From positions 20,476-84,475 of the forward strand of contig JAYVTC010000131.1 of assembly GCA_043774745.1 (NCBI GenBank): a stretch of DNA of 64,000 nucleotides. Direction: 5' to 3'. A program made the position numbers and the translations under genes. The number at the start of each line of letters is the position of its first letter. The first letter of the stretch is position 1. The stretch is from Cyclobacteriaceae bacterium. Its GTDB lineage: Bacteria > Bacteroidota > Bacteroidia > Cytophagales > Cyclobacteriaceae. Positions 9,925-19,369 of this stretch are shown here, one piece after another. A model generated the notes under the pieces. The model was not told the DNA's origin. It searched no databases and was given only the letters and a program-made list of their open reading frames with translations.

Positions 9925-10889
9925 AGCAAGGTTTAGTAATTGGGAAATTTATGCCTGCTCATAAAGGACATCTGGCATTGATTCAATTTGCATTGCAACA
10001 CTGTGACGACCTCATTGTATCCATGAGTTATAAAGAAGATGATCCGATACCAGGATCATTACGTTTCTTTTGGATAGAGGAAATGTTAAAAGAAGATCAT
10101 CGCATCCGACCCGAACTAGTTCAAGATAATTTTGATGATGAATCGCAGCCCTTGCCAGAGCGCACAAAATTCTGGGCGGATTTTCTGAATAAGAAGTTTG
10201 GAAAAATTGATGTGCTGGTGAGTTCAGAAGAATATGGCCCCTGGCTGGCAACTCATCTTGAAGCACAACACTTTTTCTTTGATGTTAACAGGACGAATGT
10301 TCCGGTTTCGGCTACACTAATCAGGCAGAATCCATATCGCTATTGGGCTTACATTCCAAAAGAAGTGAGACCCTATTTTGTAAAGAAGATTTGCTTTTAC
10401 GGAGCGGAGAGCACAGGCAAATCGGTGATGGCTCGTCACCTGGCCAAAGTTTATCACACTGAATATGTGCCTGAAGTAGCCCGCGAGATTGTTAACTCCA
10501 ATGATTTCACATTAGAAGACATCATTAACATTGCCCATGCTCAAACTGAGCGGGTAAATGAAAAAACTAAAACGGCTAATGGACTATTATTCTGTGACAC
10601 CGATCTGATTACGACTCAGATTTATTGCAGACATTATTTAGGAGTGGTGCCTCCCATTTTGTATGAGTTGGAAAAGCAAATTATGTATAATCAATATTTT
10701 TTATTTGATATTGATGTGCCCTGGGTGGCAGATAACATGAGGGATTTGGGCAACGAGCGGGGAGTCATGTTTGGTTTATTTAAACACGAGCTGGAAGTCA
10801 GAAATATACCATACTTACTGGTGAGGGGTGATTATAAAGAACGGGAGCATTTTGTGAGAAGGGAATTGGACAAAATGATCCATGATTAA
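9921..10889 (+). CDS. nadR: NadR-type NMN adenylyltransferase / ribosylnicotinamide kinase (no HTH domain)
   Basis: The N-terminus GKFMPAHKGHLALIQ carries the (H/T)xGH nucleotidyltransferase motif. The Walker A YGAESTGKS lies in the C-terminal kinase half. The gene is translationally coupled to pnuC. Confidence 0.8.
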   Translation: MKQGLVIGKFMPAHKGHLALIQFALQHCDDLIVSMSYKEDDPIPGSLRFFWIEEMLKEDHRIRPELVQDNFDDESQPLPERTKFWADFLNKKFGKIDVLVSSEEYGPWLATHLEAQHFFFDVNRTNVPVSATLIRQNPYRYWAYIPKEVRPYFVKKICFYGAESTGKSVMARHLAKVYHTEYVPEVAREIVNSNDFTLEDIINIAHAQTERVNEKTKTANGLLFCDTDLITTQIYCRHYLGVVPPILYELEKQIMYNQYFLFDIDVPWVADNMRDLGNERGVMFGLFKHELEVRNIPYLLVRGDYKEREHFVRRELDKMIHD

Positions 10890-10900
10890 TTTGAATTCGT
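10841..10900 (+). repeat. direct repeat copy 1 (the functional 3' end of nadR)
   Basis: acgggagcatt...gaattggacaaaatgatccatgattaatttgaattcgt. The 38-nt core (10863-10900) recurs exactly 600 nt downstream (11463-11500) with 5 mismatches. Confidence 0.85.
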
Positions 10901-10949
10901 TTATCACTAATTATCTATCTTAGTCATAGATATTCAACATGGCATGATA

Positions 10950-11438
10950 GTGAGAAAGTTAGCGGAACCAGTTCTCGTGATTAAGATTTGTTTAATCATA
11001 ATCTTGAGCCTGTCTATACCAATTGCTAATGCTCAATCACGGCCGGATGTATTCACCTTATCTTCACGAGAGAAAGTAAAAACGAGAAACGATTGGTATT
11101 CTAAGCGCTAGCCCGAAATCATTTGCTTTTTTGAAAGAGCAGTATACAGTGAAATTCCATCAGTCGATAGTTATACCTTTCATTATGAAATATTGAAAGA
11201 AGAAACTAAAATTTTGAATGGTAAAGCATATCGCAAGCAAGTGCGTATGTTCATTCTGAATAATGGTAAGGATACTATTTCAGTTGACTTGCTAGTGTAA
11301 AAAATACTATCACATGGATAGTCTGCAAATGTGGGTGATGCCACCACAAAAGGTGTGTGTGGTTATCATATTCGCGAAGGCACTCACGATTTACTTCTTG
11401 AAGATTGGGTCCATTTTATAAAGTTTGTCAAACAATGA
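10950..11438 (+). pseudogene. decayed remnant of a secreted alpha/beta-hydrolase (glucuronoyl/acetylxylan esterase-like)
   Basis: One reading frame from the GTG at 10950 gives a signal peptide followed by PDVFTLSSREKVKTRNDWYSKR*PEIICFFERAVYSEIPSVDSYTFHYEILKEETKILNGKAYRKQVRMF. In-frame stops occur at 11109, 11298 and 11319. The frame ends with CGYHIREGTHDLLLEDWVHFIKFVKQ*. These look like the N- and C-terminal ends of a roughly 400-aa esterase with the catalytic middle deleted. The family assignment is from memory of CE15-type sequences. Confidence 0.5.
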
Positions 11439-11451
11439 GACCTCGTTTCAT

Positions 11452-11500
11452 ACGTGAGCATTGAATTGGACAAAGTGATCCGCAATTAATTTGAATTTGT
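11452..11500 (+). repeat. direct repeat copy 2 (relic nadR 3' end, now the 3' end of the nucleoside hydrolase gene)
   Basis: acgtgagcatt|gaattggacaaagtgatccgcaattaatttgaatttgt. It has an 11-nt deletion relative to copy 1. It contains TTAA, which is TAA in the nadR frame and TTA (a minus-strand TAA) for the hydrolase. Confidence 0.85.
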
Positions 11501-12505
11501 GGGAAAGGACGAAAGGAAGTCTTTGATAATCGCACCACGATTAAAATTTTCCCAAATTTTGATTGTATGGGAATTGTTTGGCCGATCAATCCATGTATTG
11601 TTAATTAATATCGGAGCAGGAATTTTTTTCACCTGAGCCCAGGATTCATTTTTTACAATGGCCACCGCTGCCATGTCAAACAATGCCCGCCCTGGTGGAT
11701 TGCCATCATAGTTGATGTGTTCAAATAAGCTTACTGAGTAATCTCCAAAGCAATAAAATTCACCACCATGCCTGCCCATCACTGGTGTCTTGATGTGAGG
11801 TCCTAATCCTGGCATCAGTTTATTAATTTCTTCTTTAGTGATTTGTACCGCACCGGTGCCACTGGGTTTTCCGTAACGCACGGTCACCATTTCAAAATCG
11901 ATGTTGCTGTTAAGCAGAAAGTTCATGGCTACTGTATCGTTATCCTGGTTATGCTCTCCTGGGTCGGGATAGTTCGAACCCAACCAGACCAGCCTTACAC
12001 GTTCCGAGAAGGAAGAATCTTTTGCTACTGCAAGGGCTACGTTTGTAAGTTTTCCTACAGCTAATATGACCAGCTTATCTTCGGATGGTTTGTGCGCTTG
12101 TTCAATCATCAGATCAACGGCTTCTTTTCCATCGTAAGATGTTGAATCGATATTGGGAAAAATATCACGAAATGAAAGATCAGCACCTTTTAAGACAGCA
12201 AAGGTATCAGCTGCACATAATTGCAGAACCCTTTTGGCTTCCTCATATTGTTTATCAATGTTGCCGCCACTGGATGTTGTATTTATGGTAATGCCGTCAA
12301 TTTTAAAAATTGATTGATTGAATAATAGATAAGCCAAAGCATGCTGATCATCCAGCTCATTATTCGTGTCGGTATCGAATACAACACGTATTTTCTTTTG
12401 CTCTTTAACATCTTTAGTTCGACAATTCACCATTATGCTTAGACATAATAGAATTATGAAGAAACGTGTAATTGATTTTATAGTGTAACAAATTTCGATT
12501 TGCAT
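11486..12505 (-). CDS. inosine-uridine-preferring nucleoside hydrolase family protein, probable lipoprotein
   Basis: VVFDTDTNNELDDQHALAYLL is the N-terminal DxDxxxDD calcium/ribose-binding motif of IUNH enzymes. The N-terminus FFIILLCLSIMVNC looks like a lipoprotein signal. Confidence 0.8.
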   Translation of the reverse strand: MQIEICYTIKSITRFFIILLCLSIMVNCRTKDVKEQKKIRVVFDTDTNNELDDQHALAYLLFNQSIFKIDGITINTTSSGGNIDKQYEEAKRVLQLCAADTFAVLKGADLSFRDIFPNIDSTSYDGKEAVDLMIEQAHKPSEDKLVILAVGKLTNVALAVAKDSSFSERVRLVWLGSNYPDPGEHNQDNDTVAMNFLLNSNIDFEMVTVRYGKPSGTGAVQITKEEINKLMPGLGPHIKTPVMGRHGGEFYCFGDYSVSLFEHINYDGNPPGRALFDMAAVAIVKNESWAQVKKIPAPILINNTWIDRPNNSHTIKIWENFNRGAIIKDFLSSFPTNSN

Positions 12506-12548
12506 GAAGAAAATATTTATTGAAAGCCCAAATCAATAAGAAAGTCAT

Positions 12549-13544
12549 TCATCGGGAGAAAATAATAATGATAAGCCCTAGTACATAAAGTCCCAACATC
12601 ACGTACAAAAGGCGAAGAACAGCAGGTGTGGCATTCTTAAATTCCTTCCACACATAAATTCCCCAAATGGCTGCGACTACAGTAGCACCTTGACCTAATC
12701 CATACGAAATAGCCGGACCGGCTTTTTCAGAAGCCAGTATACTGAACGACATGCCGAGACTCCAGATGCAACCACCTAAAATTCCAACCAGGTGATTACG
12801 AAAATTTCCATTCAGGTAAGAGGAAAAAGAAACTTTATCACCGCTGATAGGAAAACGCATCAACAACGAATTGAAAATAAAATTGCTGACGAAAATGCCG
12901 ATTGAAAAAATAAACAAGGCTGTGTAGGGGGTTAGCTTCAACGCTTCTGGCTGAGTAAAGTCTGTAGTCATAGCGTTGGCAACGTATTTATAAAATAGTC
13001 CCATCATGCTGCCGCTGATGATTGAGAGCGCTAATCCGGTGAAAGAAGTTTTGGTTGTTCCTGCTGATTGTTTTTGATAAGCAAAAGCATTTAATCCGAT
13101 GGCGACTGCAATACATACAACACCAGAAAATAATATTACCGGATTGCCTACCGGGGCATCGAGGTAGTTGATGATTACACCAATAGCAAGTGCGAGGCCG
13201 ATACCAACTGGGAAAGCCACAGACATACCAGCTATTGCAATGGCGGCACTTAATAATATATTCGCTGCATTGAAGATGACACCACCAACAAATGCTGATT
13301 GAAGATTTTCAAAAGAACCTTGTTGAAGATCTGCAAAAAAGGGACGACCATTGTCGCCAATACTTCCGAGTGTGAGTGCAAATAGAAAAGTGAATAGCAC
13401 AATGCCGGAGACATAGTCCCAATAGAATAATTCAAATCGCCAATTTCCTGCTGCTAGTTTTTGTGTGTTGGCCCACGAACCCCAGCAGAGCATCGTGATG
13501 AAGCAGAAGAGCACTGCTGTCGAATAACTTTCGATGATGAACAT
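12549..13544 (-). CDS. sugar (ribose/glucose uptake, GRP/DMT-type) transporter
   Basis: 331 aa with about 10 TM segments and an N-terminus (FCFITMLCWGSWANTQK) like the sugar-transport family found next to ribokinases. It lies 11 nt downstream of rbsK on the same strand. Confidence 0.6.
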   Translation of the reverse strand: MFIIESYSTAVLFCFITMLCWGSWANTQKLAAGNWRFELFYWDYVSGIVLFTFLFALTLGSIGDNGRPFFADLQQGSFENLQSAFVGGVIFNAANILLSAAIAIAGMSVAFPVGIGLALAIGVIINYLDAPVGNPVILFSGVVCIAVAIGLNAFAYQKQSAGTTKTSFTGLALSIISGSMMGLFYKYVANAMTTDFTQPEALKLTPYTALFIFSIGIFVSNFIFNSLLMRFPISGDKVSFSSYLNGNFRNHLVGILGGCIWSLGMSFSILASEKAGPAISYGLGQGATVVAAIWGIYVWKEFKNATPAVLRLLYVMLGLYVLGLIIIIFSR

Positions 13545-13555
13545 AAATCGTAGGG

Positions 13556-14497
13556 TTATAGATTTAAATGCAGAATTTTATCAACTTCCTTTCGTGAAGG
13601 CATGGATGCTTGTGCACCCATGCGTGTAACGGAAATGGATGCCGACACACTGGCGAACTTAACCGCATCGGCTAACGATTTTTTTTCGGCCAGAGCAACA
13701 GCTAGTGCGCCACTAAAACAATCACCGGCCGCAGTAGTATCTACCACGCTAACGGAGGGAGCCTCCACTAACCCCTCACTAGTGGTATCTGACCAATATG
13801 CTCCTCGTTTTCCTAAAGTAAGAACAACATTTTTTATTCCTTTCTTGTGAAATGACTGTGCGGCTTTTCTGGCAGAATCATCATCGACAATACTAATTCC
13901 CGTTAATAATTCTGCTTCTGTTTCGTTGGGTGTAATGACAAATACATGCTTCCACATATCATCACGAATTCTGTTCGCGGGCGCAGGATTAACAATGACA
14001 GGTATTGATCGTGCGGCACATTGTTCAATGATAAATTCAACGGTAGTGATTGGAATCTCCAATTGGACCAATACAATGGCAGGTGATAATATAAAGTCGA
14101 AAAAAGAGAGCAAGCGATCGGGGGTTAAATTCCCATTTGCCCCGGGAGCTACAGCAATACAATTTTCTCCTTGTGCATCCACGTTGATCAACGCAACACC
14201 GGATGGGTGAGCAGGATCAAATGTGATGAAGTTGGTATTAATACCTTCTTGTCTGAATTGAGTATGTGCTTGCCGACCAAAAAGATCATCACCAAGATTG
14301 GCGATAAATGAAACGTTGCCTCCAAGTCGTGCAGCGGCCACAGCCTGATTGGCACCTTTTCCACCGGCATTCATCAGAAAGGTTCCTCCCATAATAGTTT
14401 CACCCGGAGCGGGAAGGCGCTCTGCCTTTACTACCATGTCGGTATTGGAGCTACCGATAATATAAATAGGACTGAACATACGATTTGAAAAAGACAA
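13556..14497 (-). CDS. rbsK: ribokinase
   Basis: PfkB family motifs GGKGANQAVAAARLG and VDTTAAGDCFSGAL. The start could instead be the second ATG at 14479 (MFSPIYIIGSSNTDMV). Confidence 0.85.
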   Translation of the reverse strand: MSFSNRMFSPIYIIGSSNTDMVVKAERLPAPGETIMGGTFLMNAGGKGANQAVAAARLGGNVSFIANLGDDLFGRQAHTQFRQEGINTNFITFDPAHPSGVALINVDAQGENCIAVAPGANGNLTPDRLLSFFDFILSPAIVLVQLEIPITTVEFIIEQCAARSIPVIVNPAPANRIRDDMWKHVFVITPNETEAELLTGISIVDDDSARKAAQSFHKKGIKNVVLTLGKRGAYWSDTTSEGLVEAPSVSVVDTTAAGDCFSGALAVALAEKKSLADAVKFASVSASISVTRMGAQASMPSRKEVDKILHLNL

Positions 14498-14530
14498 TAG
14501 AATGATCAGTAGTAAAGCAGGTGTGACTAA

Positions 14531-15406
14531 TTAAAACCCCTTACCTGCCACCTCACTCTCAAATACCTCCACACATTTTCTATCCTGAAGAGTTACGAAA
14601 CACGATTTACCGTCTGGTCCTCCGAATGTAATGTTACTGGTCGACTTGCCTTTCATTTGAACTTCCCGAATTAATTTTCCATCCGGAGATAAAATGGCAA
14701 TGGTACCTTTTCCGTGTCGGGTCACGTAAAGATTGCCAAGCTTGTCACACTTCATTCCGTCCATTCCAAAATCTTCGAACTTGTAGAAAAGCCTTTTGTT
14801 TGAGATATCCCCTTTGGCACTCACATCAAATACCCAGATATTTTTCTGAACACTTTCATTCACATACAACTTCTTATTATCGGGGCTAAGTTCAATGCCG
14901 TTGGTGGTTCCCATTTTGTCATCTAGTAATACAGATTTGCCAGGCCCATCAATGCGCCAGATTTTACCGGTGCTTTCTTTCCAGCTTGGATCGGATGCGA
15001 AGAGTTGACCTTTTTTATTGATGCATAGATCATTGGGTTGATTGAAAAGATCATTGTGCACATATACTGTAACAGCTTTTGTCTTTTTGTCCACCTTCAA
15101 CACATTATGCCCTTTCCAGTCAGCCAGTAACATGTTACCTTTTTTATCAAACATGATCGCGTTGGCGATGCTTGGACTGGGTAGTGTTACATATAAATCA
15201 ATTTCACCATTGGGATGCACGAGACCGATGGTTCCATCTTTTTGAAAGTTAACTACGTATAAGTTTCCCGCTTTATCAACATTAGGTCCTTCAATGTTTT
15301 CCGAAAAAGTGTTCTCAGCAGTAAGATCACGCGCTTCATAATATTGGGCCTGTGCAAAGGCTGCAATAGCTAAACATGAAATTAAAACGGGGAGGTTTTT
15401 TATCAT
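14531..15406 (-). CDS. SMP-30/gluconolactonase/LRE family protein, secreted
   Basis: Signal peptide, then a six-bladed propeller-type sequence (EGPNVDKAGNLYVVN, NDLCINKKGQLFASD, NGIELSPD, DGMKCDKLGNLYV). Its start overlaps the stop of the MFS gene by 4 nt. Confidence 0.75.
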   Translation of the reverse strand: MIKNLPVLISCLAIAAFAQAQYYEARDLTAENTFSENIEGPNVDKAGNLYVVNFQKDGTIGLVHPNGEIDLYVTLPSPSIANAIMFDKKGNMLLADWKGHNVLKVDKKTKAVTVYVHNDLFNQPNDLCINKKGQLFASDPSWKESTGKIWRIDGPGKSVLLDDKMGTTNGIELSPDNKKLYVNESVQKNIWVFDVSAKGDISNKRLFYKFEDFGMDGMKCDKLGNLYVTRHGKGTIAILSPDGKLIREVQMKGKSTSNITFGGPDGKSCFVTLQDRKCVEVFESEVAGKGF

Positions 15407-16689
15407 ATAGATCTTCCAACTTTATGCCCTTTGATAGCAAAATACATGATGAAGAGATAGCAGGGAACCATCATTAAGTAAGCATCCTTGGTATTGAATA
15501 TTAACGAAAGCTGGCCATACAAAAGAGGAAGAATAGCTCCTCCGGCAATCGCCATGATCAAGAGGGCCGAACCAATTTTGGTAAACTTACCCAGCCCATC
15601 TACAGCGAGCGGAAAAATAGCAGGCCACATCAATGAGTTTGCCAGGCCAAGCATTGCGATAAAAGCTACTGATACAAAGCCATCGGTTACTACTGCTCCA
15701 ATTGTAAATAATACACCGAGCCAGGTACAGATTTTTAATGCCGTTGATTGCGACATATATTTTGGTATCGCCACAATACCGACAATGTAACCAATGAGCA
15801 TGAAGGCTAAAGTTGCCTGGGTAAAATAGCGGGCGGTTGATAATTCAATTCCTAGTGATTTACCATAACTTATAATGGTATCACCGGCTAATACCTCAAC
15901 ACCTACATATAAAAATATAGCAATCACACCTAACACAAGATGCGGGTACTGGAATACACTGGTTTTTCCAATATGTGCGGAATCAGATTCTGAACCCTCG
16001 CCACTATCATCAATATCCGGCAAGGTTGAGAATAAAATAGCAATAGCAACAACGACCAGCACACCAGCAATGATCATATAGGGCACCACCACGCGGCTGG
16101 CAAGTTCATCGAGGGTAGCATTTCTGGCTGCTGCATCCATCGTCTTTAAACTGGCTTCCAATGCATCGGCATCGTTCAGGGCAATATATCCAAAGATCAA
16201 TCCGGCCAGAATTCCAGCTACCTTGTTACAAATTCCCATGATGCTGATACGCATTGCTGCACTTTCGATTGGGCCAATGATAGTGGCATATGGATTAGAG
16301 GCAGTTTGTAAAAGAGCCATACCAGTACCAATAATAAATAGGCCAACAAGAAATAAATCAAAATTACGCGCCTCTGCGGCAGGCGCAAAAAGAATAGCCC
16401 CAATCGCCATTATGAACAAACCCAATGACATACCTTTTTTATAGCCCGTCTTTCTTAACACATAAGATGCGGGTATGGCCATCACTGTATAAGCAATAAA
16501 GAAAGCGGTGGCAACGAGATAAGACTGAATATCAGTATGCAGTTCACAGGCAATCTTTAAATAAGGAATAAGGGTACCATTTATCCAGGTGATGAATCCA
16601 AAAATAAAAAACAGAATTCCAATGATGGTAATCGACATCAGGTAACTCGAGGGGCGGTTTTGGGTCATGGGTGAAAGGGTTTTAGGCAT
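15403..16689 (-). CDS. MFS sugar transporter (glucose/galactose or fucose permease family)
   Basis: 428 aa with 12 TM segments and a FucP/GluP-like N-terminus (FFIFGFITWINGTLIPYLK). Confidence 0.8.
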   Translation of the reverse strand: MPKTLSPMTQNRPSSYLMSITIIGILFFIFGFITWINGTLIPYLKIACELHTDIQSYLVATAFFIAYTVMAIPASYVLRKTGYKKGMSLGLFIMAIGAILFAPAAEARNFDLFLVGLFIIGTGMALLQTASNPYATIIGPIESAAMRISIMGICNKVAGILAGLIFGYIALNDADALEASLKTMDAAARNATLDELASRVVVPYMIIAGVLVVVAIAILFSTLPDIDDSGEGSESDSAHIGKTSVFQYPHLVLGVIAIFLYVGVEVLAGDTIISYGKSLGIELSTARYFTQATLAFMLIGYIVGIVAIPKYMSQSTALKICTWLGVLFTIGAVVTDGFVSVAFIAMLGLANSLMWPAIFPLAVDGLGKFTKIGSALLIMAIAGGAILPLLYGQLSLIFNTKDAYLMMVPCYLFIMYFAIKGHKVGRSI

Positions 16690-16704
16690 TCAGAAGTAAA
16701 CTTC

Positions 16705-16712
16705 TATTTTTG
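16705..16712 (+). promoter_or_regulatory. candidate Bacteroidota -7 box (TAnnTTTG)
   Basis: TATTTTTG lies 58 nt upstream of the ATG at 16770. This is a motif match only. Confidence 0.3.
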
Positions 16713-16769
16713 CACAGGTTTAGTTTTAACGGTAATTACTCACTTTTAATTTATTCAAACAAGTTGAAA

Positions 16770-17666
16770 ATGGATCAAAAACTTTCTTTGCTAGTAATGG
16801 CAGCCGGCATGGGTAGCCGGTATGGCGGCATCAAACAAATTGATGGCTTCGGCCCCAATGGTGAAACCATCATGGATTATTCACTCTTCGATGCCATCCG
16901 GTCGGGCTTTGATAAAATCGTATTTGTGGTACGGGAGGAAATAAAAGAAACCGTCAAGGAGATTTTCCTTCCCAAGCTACAGGGCAAAGCGGAGGTTCAT
17001 TTTGTGGTTCAGTCTTTGGAAAAATTTGTGCCGGCCCAATACCTGCCCATTGATCGAAAAAAACCATGGGGCACCACCCACGCTATGCTTTGCGGCAAAG
17101 AAGTGATAGACGGTCCTTTTGCAGTAATCAATGCCGATGATTTTTATGGCAAAGAGGCATTTGAATCGCTGGCAAGTTTTTTTGCTAAGGCACCTGAGCA
17201 CCATCATGCCATGGTGGGTTATACATTGAAAAATGTGTTGTCTGAGTATGGAAGTGTTTCGCGAGGAGTTGCTGAGCGTGATGCCGAGGACTATCTCAAA
17301 AGCATGAAAGAACATACCGTGATTGTGCGCGAAGGCGATAAAATCATTTCCAAAAATGAAGGCAATATGGAATTGGATGCCGATGTACCAGTATCCATGA
17401 ATTGTTGGGGCTTTCAGGCAGAAGCGTTTGATCTTACTGAAAAAATGTTTGTAGAGTTTGTTGAGAAAAATTATCAAAACCCTTCATCAGAATTTTATAT
17501 CGCCTTGATGGTAAGTGAACTCATCAACCAGGGACTTGGTAAAGTACATGTTCTTTCCGGAGGCAAGACCTGGTTTGGCGTGACCTATAAAGAGGATAAA
17601 GAAGAAGTCTGCCAAAAGATTAAAGACCTGGTGAATCAGGGTGTGTACCCTTCCAAGCTCTGGTGA
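16770..17666 (+). CDS. sugar-phosphate nucleotidyltransferase family protein
   Basis: LLVMAAGMGSRYGGIKQ is the GxGxR nucleotide-binding loop. Start moved to the ATG at 16770 (MDQKLS). Confidence 0.65.
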   Translation: MDQKLSLLVMAAGMGSRYGGIKQIDGFGPNGETIMDYSLFDAIRSGFDKIVFVVREEIKETVKEIFLPKLQGKAEVHFVVQSLEKFVPAQYLPIDRKKPWGTTHAMLCGKEVIDGPFAVINADDFYGKEAFESLASFFAKAPEHHHAMVGYTLKNVLSEYGSVSRGVAERDAEDYLKSMKEHTVIVREGDKIISKNEGNMELDADVPVSMNCWGFQAEAFDLTEKMFVEFVEKNYQNPSSEFYIALMVSELINQGLGKVHVLSGGKTWFGVTYKEDKEEVCQKIKDLVNQGVYPSKLW

Positions 17667-17778
17667 TAGTTTAGATCGAAAATCTCTCAATCAATTTTAT
17701 CAACCGCTTTCTGGAATTCATTGAGGCAGTTGACAATTATCAAACAAGACACAATTTTAAATTTAATAATTCAGGACA

Positions 17779-19272
17779 ATGATTAGAAAATATTTGGTGC
17801 TCTATTTCATACTGGCAGGGGTTCACGCATTTTCTCAGCAGGATCCTATTGCGGTTAAATATGCAGCGACCATCACCACAGCAGATTTGAAAGACAACTT
17901 AACCATCATTGCATCCGATGCGATGGAGGGCCGTGAGACTGGAAAACGAGGGCAGAAAATGGCAGCGGCTTTTATCGCTTCTTACTTTGAAGAGCTGGGG
18001 TTAGCTGCTCCGGTGAACGGAGGCTTTTATCAACCTGTGCCACTCTACACGACTGGTGCGCCCTTGGTTACATTAAAGTCCGGCTCAGTAGAATTCACCA
18101 GAGAGGAGTATATGTATGCTGGCTCTTTGGAAACCAGTGGATTGATTGACCTGCCTATAGTATTTACAGGTGGAGGCACTGAAGAAGAAATTAAAGGAAT
18201 TGATTTAAATGGTAAGGCGGTAATGTTTTTATCAGACCCCAGCATGGCGGTAGCGAATAATTCCTTGCTTCGTGCTCTACGCGATAAAGGTGCTGCAATG
18301 ATTTTTTCAGTGATTGAAAAAGAAGATGATTTTAAGAGAACCACTAGTATGACCAGAAGTTTTACGGGTGGAAGACTTTCTCTTGGCAAGCAGGCAACTC
18401 AAGCCAGTAACACAGGTCTGTTTTATCTTTCTGCTCAAGCTGCCGGAAAAATCTTCAATACTCCATTCGATAAGTTGAAGAAAGTATCGGCTGATAAGAA
18501 ACTGGATAAAATAAAACCGTCAATAGTTACCTATTCAGTTGAGCAAGTCTATGGAGAAGTAAAATCTGAAAATGTATTGGGTTTCATGGAAGGCTCTGAT
18601 AAGAAAGATGAAGTGTTAGTGATCACCTCTCATTATGACCATATTGGTATATCACCACGCGCAGAGGGCGACAAGATTAATAATGGTGCCGATGATGATG
18701 GGTCAGGTACCGTGGCTGTGCTGGCAATGGCGAAGGCTTTTGTACAGGCTAAAAAAGATGGCAAGGGTCCGCGCAGAAGTATTTTATTTATGACTGTTAC
18801 CGGTGAAGAGAAAGGATTATTGGGATCTCGTTATTATACCGATACTAGTCCAGTATTTCCTTTAAGTAGTACAGTGGCAAATTTGAATATCGATATGATT
18901 GGACGAAGAGATCCGCAACATAAAAGTAGTGCGCCTTATGTATATGTAATCGGTTCAGATAAGCTTTCTTCCGAACTGCACACATTGAGTGAGACGACTA
19001 ATAAGACCTACACTAATCTTGTTTTTGATTATACCTATAATGATGAGAAACATCCGGAGCGCATTTACTACCGCTCTGATCACTGGAACTTTGCGAAGAA
19101 TAATATACCGATCATATTTTATTTCGATGGTGTTCATGAAGATTATCATAAACCCAGTGACGAGGTAGATAAAATTGAATTTGAGTTATTGTCTCTTCGT
19201 GCGAAAACAGTTTTTCATGCTGCCTGGGAAATTGCTAATCGTGATAGCCGCTTAGCCGTAGATAAAAAGTGA
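17779..19272 (+). CDS. M28 family metallopeptidase (aminopeptidase) with PA domain
   Basis: Signal peptide. Zinc-ligand contexts are ITSHYDHIG and NNGADDDGSGTVAVL...TGEEKGLLGS...HEDYHKPSD. Confidence 0.8.
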   Translation: MIRKYLVLYFILAGVHAFSQQDPIAVKYAATITTADLKDNLTIIASDAMEGRETGKRGQKMAAAFIASYFEELGLAAPVNGGFYQPVPLYTTGAPLVTLKSGSVEFTREEYMYAGSLETSGLIDLPIVFTGGGTEEEIKGIDLNGKAVMFLSDPSMAVANNSLLRALRDKGAAMIFSVIEKEDDFKRTTSMTRSFTGGRLSLGKQATQASNTGLFYLSAQAAGKIFNTPFDKLKKVSADKKLDKIKPSIVTYSVEQVYGEVKSENVLGFMEGSDKKDEVLVITSHYDHIGISPRAEGDKINNGADDDGSGTVAVLAMAKAFVQAKKDGKGPRRSILFMTVTGEEKGLLGSRYYTDTSPVFPLSSTVANLNIDMIGRRDPQHKSSAPYVYVIGSDKLSSELHTLSETTNKTYTNLVFDYTYNDEKHPERIYYRSDHWNFAKNNIPIIFYFDGVHEDYHKPSDEVDKIEFELLSLRAKTVFHAAWEIANRDSRLAVDKK

Positions 19273-19316
19273 TTCCTTTGCTATGAAGCAGCCAAAGGTT
19301 AATAGCACTAAAATTG

Positions 19317-19344
19317 AAAAGGCTCCGATGGGAGCCTTTTTTTA
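19317..19344. terminator. bidirectional intrinsic terminator between the M28 peptidase gene and lipA
   Basis: AAAAGGCTCC-GATG-GGAGCCTTTTTTT has a perfect GC-rich stem with an A-run upstream and a T-run downstream. It lies between convergent genes. Confidence 0.65.
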
Positions 19345-19369
19345 TCTTTACTTCTTGTGCTCGGTTCTA

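Noticed and set aside
16977-17477. 166-aa minus-strand ORF
   Set aside because: It is antisense to the nucleotidyltransferase gene, which has the recognisable GxGxR loop.
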